From a virus, in IMG/VR virus record IMGVR_UViG_3300050144_000106: 64,000 nt of DNA. One strand, written 5' to 3'. Shown here piece after piece: positions 1 to 6,941 of this stretch; position 1 is the stretch's first letter; each line of letters begins with the position of its first letter. The notes beneath the pieces are model-generated. The model was not told the origin of the DNA. It made no database searches and saw only the letters and a list, made by a program, of their open reading frames with translations. The position numbers and the translations under genes were made by a program.

Positions 1-86
1 TTTTCATTTCTTCGCTCCAACCTCTCAAAGGTAAATCAACCCGATGAACCGGTGTTGTGCCGTAGCTGCTCTGTGTGGTCGCCGTC
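1..86. repeat. Near-duplicate of 1539-1624: 5' end plus upstream region of a minus-strand cassette gene
   Basis: ttttcatttcttcgctcca.cctctcaaaggtaaatcaacccgatgaacc.gtgttgtgccgtagctg... recurs at 1539-1624 with a few substitutions. It includes the same GGAGCGAAGAA-ATG (minus strand). The ATG at 7..5 starts a gene that runs off the left edge. Confidence 0.85.
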
Positions 87-182
87 GCACAACTGAACGT
101 TGCAGGCGACAAACTGCCTGCGACGTCATTTTGTTTCTCTAGCCTAGTCCTGGGCAGTTTGCGCCTGAACTAGACGTTAGCA
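87..182 (+). repeat. attC site 1 (96 bp)
   Basis: R'' GCACAAC (87-93), TGAAC, L'' GTTGCAGGCGAC (99-110) ... L' GCGCCTGAAC (161-170), TAGAC, R' GTTAGCA (176-182). The stem is extended by AAACTGCC/GGCAGTTT. Confidence 0.8.
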
Positions 183-196
183 AACACAGCGCAAGG

Positions 197-457
197 TCAG
201 AAAGTTGTTGGGCGGGCAATCGCTCGTGTAAGAGCCATCAAGCCGGTTTGGAGGTCGGTTTGACCAATAGAAACCCAACGCTGATCCAAATCGGGCATAG
301 AACGCAGCTCATCAACTAGCGAACCAAGCTCCACGCCTGCGGCTTTTACTTTGTTAATCAGCAGCGCTTCGGCTTCAGTCAGCTGGCGATAGCCGGTGAA
401 CTTGTGCTGCTGTGCAAAACGTTCAACCGGTTTTTGTTCGGTTTCAATAGCGCTCAT
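197..457 (-). CDS. Small phage-type protein (86 aa). It resembles the N4 gp49 / Sf6 gp66 family, to which I believe the cyclic-oligonucleotide sponge Acb2 belongs.
   Basis: The ATG is preceded by GAGGA 5 nt upstream. Motif FTGYRQLTEAEALLINKVKAAGVELGSLVDEL...PDLDQRWVSIGQTDLQTGLMALTRAIARP. The family assignment is from memory and is not searched. Confidence 0.75.
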   Translation of the reverse strand: MSAIETEQKPVERFAQQHKFTGYRQLTEAEALLINKVKAAGVELGSLVDELRSMPDLDQRWVSIGQTDLQTGLMALTRAIARPTTF

Positions 458-466
458 GTCAAATCC

Positions 467-609
467 TCAAAAAACAACCACGCAAATAACCGCGCATGGC
501 AAGCGGCAAAATAGTATATTTTATTACATCCGCACGCGAAGGAAATAAAATACATCAGTTTACCAACGCTCCAAACTCACAAAACCGCCGCCAGCCAACG
601 TTTCAATGC
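467..609. repeat. Conserved ~140-bp cassette module, copy 1 (copy 2 at 1005-1147), with an AT-rich inverted repeat
   Basis: Near-identical sequence occurs in cassettes 2 and 3 between the minus-strand ORF start and the attC. IR TATTTTATT (517-525) / AATAAAATA (544-552). Confidence 0.8.
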
Positions 610-694
610 TGCTAACTGAACGTTGCAGGCGACAGCCCCAAAAGCCTGCGCTTCGCTCCGTCTTTTAGGGCTGCGCCTGAACTAGACGTTAGCC
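610..694 (+). repeat. attC site 2 (85 bp)
   Basis: R'' TGCTAAC (610-616), TGAAC, L'' GTTGCAGGCGAC (622-633) ... L' GCGCCTGAAC (673-682), TAGAC, R' GTTAGCC (688-694). Confidence 0.8.
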
Positions 695-985
695 AAACAG
701 CCGAATCATTTTCGTTGGCGAAGAAAAAGAACAACTTCGGTCTCTCGCTGAGCGCGGGGGAACCCGCATGGGCCGCGTAACGCCGGCCCGTCGCTGGCGC
801 ATTAGGCGGTAATGCACGCCATCGGCTAGGGCCAAGATTACATTCTGGCCGTTTGGTGCACCATCGCGCGCCATCAAATGCTGCGCTTTAATCGCAAGCA
901 CGGGCCACCACTCGGCTGCGGCAGTGCGCAGCAGCCAGCAGGCTAGCTTGTTGGCTAAGCTGCGGATGATGTGGTGGGACTGCAT
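689..985 (-). CDS. Hypothetical cassette ORF (98 aa), doubtful
   Basis: It is the only ORF of plausible size in cassette 3. It has an Arg-rich low-complexity C-terminus and no clear SD, and its TAA stop lies inside the R' box of attC2. It may be decayed or non-coding. Confidence 0.3.
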   Translation of the reverse strand: MQSHHIIRSLANKLACWLLRTAAAEWWPVLAIKAQHLMARDGAPNGQNVILALADGVHYRLMRQRRAGVTRPMRVPPRSARDRSCSFSSPTKMIRLFG

Positions 986-1004
986 GAGTTAATTCAGCCT
1001 TTGC

Positions 1005-1147
1005 ATCAAAACAACCACGCAAATAACCCGCGCATGGCAAGCGGTACAACAATCTATTTTATTACATCCGCACGCGAGCGTAATAAAATACATCAGTTTA
1101 CCAACGCTCCAGACTCACAAAACCGCCGCCTGCCAACGTTTCAATGC
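1005..1147. repeat. Conserved cassette module, copy 2
   Basis: Matches 467-609. Perfect 10-bp IR TATTTTATTA (1055-1064) / TAATAAAATA (1081-1090). Confidence 0.8.
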
Positions 1148-1232
1148 TGCTAACTTAACGTTGCAGGCGACATCCCCAAAAGCCGGCGCTTCGCTTTGTC
1201 TTTTGGGGCTGCGCCTGAACTAGACGTTGTGC
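1148..1232 (+). repeat. attC site 3 (85 bp)
   Basis: R'' TGCTAAC (1148-1154), TTAAC, L'' GTTGCAGGCGAC (1160-1171) ... L' GCGCCTGAAC (1211-1220), TAGAC, R' GTTGTGC (1226-1232). Confidence 0.8.
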
Positions 1233-1248
1233 GACTTGCTCAAGATCG

Positions 1249-1545
1249 TTAAGTAATATCTGGATACATGGCCTTCGCCACTTGAGGCCACGGCTCCCCA
1301 AACGAAAGCATTTTTCCCGGCGTTGTTCCCTCTGGCAGCATATGTTTAATTACTTCTCCCAGCGCCGCACGGAGTGGGTCGGACTTACGCACTTCGCCCA
1401 TGAGGTGGGCGTGGATTCTAAAATGCTCTTGCTGGGCACGCTCATTCTCTTTTTTCAGCTTGTCGTTTTCATGCTCATAATACTTCACCATCAATTCGTT
1501 GTAGTGCGCTTTATCCGCGCACATGCTTATTACAGGCTTTTCCAT
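1249..1545 (-). CDS. Hypothetical cassette protein (98 aa, charged/helical)
   Basis: ORF track gives 1249..1566. I moved the start to ATG 1545 (MEKPVISM...), preceded by GGAGCGAAGAA. The translation looks protein-like, unlike the overlapping plus-strand ORF. Confidence 0.65.
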   Translation of the reverse strand: MEKPVISMCADKAHYNELMVKYYEHENDKLKKENERAQQEHFRIHAHLMGEVRKSDPLRAALGEVIKHMLPEGTTPGKMLSFGEPWPQVAKAMYPDIT

Positions 1546-1624
1546 TTCTTCGCTCCATCCTCTCAAAGGTAAATCAACCCGATGAACCTGTGTTGTGCCG
1601 TAGCTGTCCGGTGTGGCTGCCGTC

Positions 1625-1677
1625 GCACAACTGAACGTTGCAGGCGACCCTGCGGGCGCCTGAACTAGACGTTGGGC
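1625..1677 (+). repeat. attC site 4 (53 bp, short central region)
   Basis: R'' GCACAAC (1625-1631), TGAAC, GTTGCAGGCGAC, cctgcg, GGCGCCTGAAC, TAGAC, R' GTTGGGC (1671-1677, a perfect GTTRRRY). It has the same arms as attC1 but the centre is almost absent. Confidence 0.7.
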
Positions 1678-1991
1678 AACAGGTCTACCTTGGCTTTAGT
1701 TTGTAGGCCGGGTGCTCACCCAGGGCTAGCAGTAACCCGGCGTGCTCAAGCGAGCTGAGAGGGTGCCTGCCTGTCTTGATGCGGCTCCAGGCGTTTCGTA
1801 GCGCCTACCTGAGCGCCCCAGCATGGCGGCCAGCCCTTGCCGCATGCAATCCCTGCTCCTCGCCAACTGCATGTTTGGCAGTTTACAGAAAATGTGTAGC
1901 AAAAGCTATTGCGTTAATCAGTAGCAATGGCTACAGTTCACCCCATCGCGCCACCGATCCCGCCGGGACGGGCAGCGATGGGAGATCAGAC

Positions 1992-2396
1992 ATGCCAAAC
2001 AGCACGACGCCCAGCGCACTGAACGCTGGCGCCTTGACTCAGACCGCCCCCCTAGGCGAAACATTGCCCACTCCTCCGGCTGCCGCAGAAAAAATCTGCG
2101 ACGAATACTTCACCAGCCTGGCCAAAGGCCGCCCGGTTGAAATGGAAGATTTCATTGCCGCGCTGGGCAATAGCAGCAATCAAGCGCTGCGCGCGAAGCT
2201 CAAGGAGTTCTTGGCGCTGGCCTTGACTTCCGGCAACTGGGATTCACAAGCCCAGCGCGCAGCGATCAACAGTTTCAGGCAACTGGTTTGGAGTGTTGGC
2301 AGCAAATGGGCCGATGACTACCTCTCAGCCAGCGCGCTGGCTGCCGAGCAAGAGGCCGCCCACGAATCCGTACGCGATGTGCGGGAGCCAGCATGA
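1992..2396 (+). CDS. Hypothetical early protein (134 aa)
   Basis: ORF track gives 1776..2396. I set the start to ATG 1992, preceded by GGGAG. The upstream extension looks like GC-driven read-through. Confidence 0.55.
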   Translation: MPNSTTPSALNAGALTQTAPLGETLPTPPAAAEKICDEYFTSLAKGRPVEMEDFIAALGNSSNQALRAKLKEFLALALTSGNWDSQAQRAAINSFRQLVWSVGSKWADDYLSASALAAEQEAAHESVRDVREPA

Positions 2397-2686
2397 GCGC
2401 CGCTCGCCATTCGCACCCCCACATCGACCAGGAAACCGCCGCCGTCTGGGCGGAGCACGAGGAGCTTCAGCTCCGGCGTTCCCAGGCGGAGCAAATCCTG
2501 GCTGCCGCCGGTACGGGCGGCACACGCACCGACCTCGATTTGCTGCTCAGCAGCGGCGTGCTAGCGGCGGGCAATAACGCCCGCTTTAGCCGGCTTGCCC
2601 ACGCCGCACGCCGGCAAGCCAACAACGTCGGGCGTATGTGGCGCCAGCTCTGGCGCGGCCTGCGCAGCCAAGCCACCAAAAACTGA
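2393..2686 (+). CDS. Hypothetical early protein (97 aa)
   Basis: ATGA start/stop overlap with the preceding gene. Confidence 0.5.
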   Translation: MSAARHSHPHIDQETAAVWAEHEELQLRRSQAEQILAAAGTGGTRTDLDLLLSSGVLAAGNNARFSRLAHAARRQANNVGRMWRQLWRGLRSQATKN

Positions 2687-2807
2687 ACAAAACGGCCCGG
2701 CGGTATGCGCCGTGAGTTTGCGCCGCGCTTCGTTCCGAAGCCAATTAATGGGCGGCGCAGGCAATAGCTGGAGTTGCTCTCCAGCCGAGCCACCACGAAA
2801 GCAAATC

Positions 2808-4364
2808 ATGGATGTTCAAACCCTACTAAGCCGAGCCATCGAAAAGGGGTCAGCCCCTGATGTTGTGGCGCAGCTAATCGCCTACGCCGAGCGCCAGGCG
2901 GCGGCGCAAGCCAAGGAAGCGTTCGACAAAGCGTTCGCCGCCTTCCGCCAGTCCGTCACCGTTGCGGTCAAAAACGCAGCGTACGACGAGACCAGCCCCT
3001 GGAGCGGCAAACGGTTTGCCAACCTGGAAGGCGTGGTGTCGGCTGTGGCTGATCTGCTGAAAGCCCACGGCTTCGCCTACCGCTGGATTCCGCGCGTGGA
3101 GTCGCAATGGGTATCGATCACCTGCCGCCTAACCCACATTGGCGGACACAGCGAAGAGGCCCAAATGGGCTGCCCGCCGGATTGGTCGGAGGATCGCACC
3201 GAAGTCCAGGCCATTGCCGCAGCGGTCACGCAGCTGGAGCGCCACACGCTCAAAGCGGTATGCGGGATTGTGGACGGCAGCGGAACAGCGCCGGCGCAAA
3301 AGCGTGCCCCCGTGCTGGCCGCCCTGGGCGCACAAACATCAGTGCAATCCCTGGGCCGCGCGCTGTGCGCGCTGCCGCTGGAAGAGCGCCAGCGCTACCT
3401 GGCCGACTACATGCGGTTTCGCCGGGCTATCCCCACGCACGATGTGGCTGCCGAATTTAACGCCCGCCACGTTGGGCTGCTGGTGGACGACAACCCCCAA
3501 GGCTCACCCGGCTGGCATGCGGCGCGCTGCGGCGTTCTCACGGCTTCGCTGGTGGCCGATGCAGTGAGCCGCTGCCTGCGCGCATACGGGAAAAAGCAGG
3601 TGGGCGACTGGTCGGAGGCCAGTGACCGCCTGGCCGCCATCCTGGCTATCGAGAGCATCACCGGCAAACCGTACCGTGCAAACGGCAGCAGCGCCGCCAC
3701 CGAGGAGGGCCACGAACAAGAGCCGTTGGCTCGCATCGCCTATGAAGTGCAGACTGGCAACGTGGTGTTCGAGGCTGGCCTGGTGACGACCGACGACCGC
3801 GCGGTGGGCTACAGCACCGACGGCTGGACAAGCGATGCCAGCGGCCTGGGCCGCCTTGAGATCAAGACATTGGTCAGCCCTGCGCGCATCGCTGAATTCA
3901 TGAGCCAGTCCGACAAGCGCGCATGGGCAATTGCCGAGTTCGGCGTCCAGTGCAACACCGCGCTGTGGCTCACCACCGACGACTGGTGCGACTTGATTGT
4001 GTGGATCCCGGCTCTCGAGGCCACCGGTGGCCACTTCTGGATTTTCCGAATCGAGCGCGACGAAGACGCCCTGACTGACTTGGGCAATGAAATCAAAGAG
4101 TTCCTGAAGCGCAAGCGGGCATACGAAGAAATCTTTCGCCAGACCAAGAGCAACGCGCACTTCACCTGGGATGACTTCTCTTTCGAGGAGTTACCTCAGA
4201 TCGAAGTGGTGGGCACCGCCATAGCCGCCGACCTGCCCGCCGCGCCTACACCGCCAGCCACCGGCGCCCTGGCCGCCAGCCCCAAACCGGCCAAGCCCAG
4301 CAAGGCCGCCCCCGCACCCGCCCCGGCGCGTACCGCCGTCCACATCCCTGAATCCGTTTTCTGA
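2808..4364 (+). CDS. Fused ERF-family single-strand annealing protein + YqaJ/lambda-exo-type exonuclease (518 aa)
   Basis: ORF track gives 2595..4364, with the start set to ATG 2808. The N-half has an ERF-like motif: FANLEGVVSAVADLLKAHGFAYRW...ITCRLTHIGGHSEE. The C-half has YqaJ / PD-(D/E)xK motifs: GSPGWHAARCGVLTAS and DGW...GRLEIKT. One uninterrupted frame. Confidence 0.7.
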   Translation: MDVQTLLSRAIEKGSAPDVVAQLIAYAERQAAAQAKEAFDKAFAAFRQSVTVAVKNAAYDETSPWSGKRFANLEGVVSAVADLLKAHGFAYRWIPRVESQWVSITCRLTHIGGHSEEAQMGCPPDWSEDRTEVQAIAAAVTQLERHTLKAVCGIVDGSGTAPAQKRAPVLAALGAQTSVQSLGRALCALPLEERQRYLADYMRFRRAIPTHDVAAEFNARHVGLLVDDNPQGSPGWHAARCGVLTASLVADAVSRCLRAYGKKQVGDWSEASDRLAAILAIESITGKPYRANGSSAATEEGHEQEPLARIAYEVQTGNVVFEAGLVTTDDRAVGYSTDGWTSDASGLGRLEIKTLVSPARIAEFMSQSDKRAWAIAEFGVQCNTALWLTTDDWCDLIVWIPALEATGGHFWIFRIERDEDALTDLGNEIKEFLKRKRAYEEIFRQTKSNAHFTWDDFSFEELPQIEVVGTAIAADLPAAPTPPATGALAASPKPAKPSKAAPAPAPARTAVHIPESVF

Positions 4365-4379
4365 AGGAAGTCACTCACC

Positions 4380-5906
4380 ATGAGCACCCAAGCTACCGAA
4401 GCCATCGCTGAACAACCCCTTGAACTCCAACCCACTAAGGCTGCAAGCACAAGCGAGGTGATCGAGGCATCCGCCGCCGGCGGCGAACTGGCAGAGCTGT
4501 CCGCCATTGAAAAAGCTGTGACCAAGCTGTTTAACAGCGATGGCCGGGCCGAAAAGGCTCAAAAAACCTGTGATGCGGCCCTGGCCAAGCTCCCGGCCCT
4601 CGATTTGAAGACCAAGAAGGGATTGGACGAAGCTATCTCGCTCAAGACCAGCGTCCTCAAAGAGCGCACCGGGGCAGATAAAGATTCCAAGGCCATCAAG
4701 AAACGCCTAAGCGATCTTGGCAAAGCCATCGGTGCGGAGTCCGACAAGATTGCAGCCATCACCGAGCCGGTCGAGAAAAAACTCGAAACTGTCATCGAGG
4801 CCCGCAAAGTTGAACAAGCCGCTGAAAAAGCCGAAGCCGAGCGGATCAATCAAGAGCGCCTCTTGGCGCACCAAGCCAAGCTCGATCAACTGAGAGCCAT
4901 GCTGCCGGCGCAAGCGGTGGCACTGGCTGCCGGCCCGGAAAAGATCGCTCAGCAAATCGAGCGAGTGGAGTCGGTGCCTATCAGCCCTGAGCTGTGGGAG
5001 GAATTCGCTGTCTCCGCCCAGGTTGAGAAAACCCAAATCCTGGCGCACCTGCGTGCGTGGCATGACCTGGCGTTGGCCCAAGTGGCCCAAGAACGCCAGC
5101 GCATCCAAATGGAGCGCATGGGCCGCTTGACGGCGCTCAGTCAAATGGCGATGCAGGCGTTTGGCAAAACAGCGGCGGAGATTCGCACTGTGGCGCAAGA
5201 AGTCGAGGCCGCTGGCACGGAGGAAGCCGACTGGGGGGAGCTGCTGACGCAGGCCCAAATGGCCAAGACTCAAAGCCTGGGGATGCTGGGCCAGTTGTTG
5301 GCCCAGGCTGAAAAGGTCGAGGCCGCCAAAGCAGAGGCTGAGGCAGCTGCGGCCGCTGAAGCCGCCAAAGCAGTCGAGGAAGCTGCGGCCGCTGAGGCAG
5401 ACAAAGCAGCGGCTGAGAAGGCTGCGGCCGCTGAAGCCGCTGATGCCGCCCAGGTGGCCGAAGAGGCCAAAACAACAGCCGTGGCAACGACGCCAGAGAC
5501 TGCTACTGAAGCCGTGGCCGTGGTGTCGGCTCCCATGCTGATTGCTGCTGCACCGGCTCAAGAGCCTGCGATGGACGAAGCGCGCACTGCGCCTGTTGCT
5601 GAGCCGCTGACTACCGACCCTGCCACTGTTGTCCCTGCCTCTGCCTCCGCTGCTGATGAGTTCATCAAGCTGGGCGAGTTCAACCTCGCGCTTGCTGTGT
5701 GCTCTGTTGACGCTGAGCAGCTGGCCGCCCTGGGTTTTCAGCATCAAAGCGTGCCCGGCTTGAAGGGTAAGTGCTACCCCAAAGATCAGCGCGTGGCGAT
5801 GGCGCACGCCCTGATTAATGGCATCCACCGCGCTATTGCTCGGTGGGAACAAGGGGATGCTATCGGCACCTCGGGCACCTCGCGTCAGCACGACGTTCAC
5901 GCCTGA
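4380..5906 (+). CDS. Ala/Glu-rich coiled-coil protein (508 aa), function unknown
   Basis: Long ORF with GGAAG upstream and a helical low-complexity centre. The position next to the recombinase suggests a recombination or replication accessory role. Confidence 0.7.
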   Translation: MSTQATEAIAEQPLELQPTKAASTSEVIEASAAGGELAELSAIEKAVTKLFNSDGRAEKAQKTCDAALAKLPALDLKTKKGLDEAISLKTSVLKERTGADKDSKAIKKRLSDLGKAIGAESDKIAAITEPVEKKLETVIEARKVEQAAEKAEAERINQERLLAHQAKLDQLRAMLPAQAVALAAGPEKIAQQIERVESVPISPELWEEFAVSAQVEKTQILAHLRAWHDLALAQVAQERQRIQMERMGRLTALSQMAMQAFGKTAAEIRTVAQEVEAAGTEEADWGELLTQAQMAKTQSLGMLGQLLAQAEKVEAAKAEAEAAAAAEAAKAVEEAAAAEADKAAAEKAAAAEAADAAQVAEEAKTTAVATTPETATEAVAVVSAPMLIAAAPAQEPAMDEARTAPVAEPLTTDPATVVPASASAADEFIKLGEFNLALAVCSVDAEQLAALGFQHQSVPGLKGKCYPKDQRVAMAHALINGIHRAIARWEQGDAIGTSGTSRQHDVHA

Positions 5907-6023
5907 CCCGTTCCGATTTACGGGGCGCAGCAGCAAAGCCCAGCTTTTCTCCCGAGCACATCGACTTACTTTGCTGCGCAGGCCCAGCCTGCCGCCCCAT
6001 TTCCTCCATGCAAAGGTACCCTT

Positions 6024-6941
6024 ATGTTCAAAAACTTGTTGATCTACCGCATTAACCCCGAATGGCAGCCATCTGGCCTGTCTTTGATTGCCGCCGAAGC
6101 TGAGCTGAGCAGACAGCGCTTCCAGCCCTGCGCGCCCAGCCAGCCCAGCAGCTGCGGCTGGGTCGAGCCTTGTGGCATGGCCTACAGCCCCTTGGTTGAG
6201 CGCGTGGCCGGCCAGTGGCACCTCAGACTCAAGACCGAAACCAAGCTGCTGCCGGCCGCTGTGGTGAAGCGTCGCGCCGATGAGATGGCCGCAGCCATCG
6301 AAAAGGAAACCGGCCGCAAGCCAGCCCGCAAACAGCTCAAAACTTTGCGCGAAGAAGCCACGCTTGAGCTGCTGCCCAAGGCATTTACCCGTGAAGGGGT
6401 TGTTCGGGTGTGGATCAGCCCAGATGACCGCTGGCTGGCTCTTGACTGCACCAGCGCCGCGCGCGCTGAAGACGCGGTGACGCTCCTGGTGAAGGCGCTG
6501 CCCGGCTTCGCAATCACCCCCATACAGACGCAAGCAGCCCCAAGCGACGCTATGGCCATGTGGTTGAGCGACGGTGAAGCGCCTCAAGGCTTCACGGTGG
6601 ATCAGGACTGCGAACTCAAGGAGGCGGCTGACAAAAAAGGCGGCGTCCGCTATGTGGGGCAAGACCTGGGGGCCAAGGAAGTGCAGGAGCACTTGCACGC
6701 CGGCAAGAAGCCCACCCGGCTTACGCTGACCTGGAAGGGGCGTGTGTCTTTCGTGCTGACCGAGACCCTACAGCTCAAGCGGCTGAACTTTGATGTGGTT
6801 AGCGCTCGCAGCACCACCCCAAAAGATGAAGACGTGTTCAGCGCAGACGCGGCCCTCTTCACCGGCGAGACCAAGCAGCTGTTGGCCGATTTGGTGGAGG
6901 CTATGGGCGGGCTGTTGGATGCGGGGAGCAAAGCGCCATGA
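6024..6941 (+). CDS. rdgC: Recombination-associated protein RdgC
   Basis: MFKNLLIYRI...RFQPC...CGWVEP...LLPAAVVKRR...LLPKAFTR...WLALDC.SA..AED is collinear with E. coli RdgC as I remember it. Confidence 0.8.
   Translation: MFKNLLIYRINPEWQPSGLSLIAAEAELSRQRFQPCAPSQPSSCGWVEPCGMAYSPLVERVAGQWHLRLKTETKLLPAAVVKRRADEMAAAIEKETGRKPARKQLKTLREEATLELLPKAFTREGVVRVWISPDDRWLALDCTSAARAEDAVTLLVKALPGFAITPIQTQAAPSDAMAMWLSDGEAPQGFTVDQDCELKEAADKKGGVRYVGQDLGAKEVQEHLHAGKKPTRLTLTWKGRVSFVLTETLQLKRLNFDVVSARSTTPKDEDVFSADAALFTGETKQLLADLVEAMGGLLDAGSKAP

Larger units (their letters stand above)
1..1677 (+). mobile_element. Integron-type gene-cassette array, distal part: 3 complete cassettes (177-688, 689-1226, 1227-1671) plus the 3' end of a fourth. 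No intI/attI in the window (CALIN-like as seen).
   Basis: Four attC-like imperfect palindromes lie in one orientation, 445-538 bp apart, with one small ORF per interval. The first 6 nt of a cassette (TTAGCA at 177, TTGTGC at 1227) are complementary to the R'' box at that cassette's own 3' end (TGCTAAC 610-616, GCACAAC 1625-1631). This is what G|TT cassette boundaries predict. Confidence 0.8.

Noticed and set aside
971-1572. Plus-strand ORFs inside cassettes (971..1153, 1282..1572) that would match the canonical cassette orientation
   Set aside because: 971..1153 runs through the conserved non-coding module and into the attC. 1282..1572 has a Phe/Leu/His/Arg-rich unnatural composition and is antisense to a much more protein-like ORF with a good SD.
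1-1677. Regularly spaced repeats that could be mistaken for a CRISPR array
   Set aside because: The repeats are 53-96 bp imperfect palindromes with variable centres. The intervals are about 350-450 bp and contain ORFs with ribosome-binding sites. No cas genes are present. The architecture fits attC sites instead.
1776-1991. Long N-terminal extension of the first phage gene (track ORF 1776..2396), and similarly 2595..2807 for the ERF fusion
   Set aside because: The extensions are Ala/Pro/Arg/Cys-rich read-through typical of GC-rich DNA. Internal ATGs with better context (GGGAG at 1992) fit the domain starts.
4707-6698. 663-aa minus-strand ORF
   Set aside because: It is antisense to the coiled-coil gene and to a clearly recognisable rdgC. 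Its Arg/Gly/Leu-rich low-complexity translation marks it as a GC-driven artefact.
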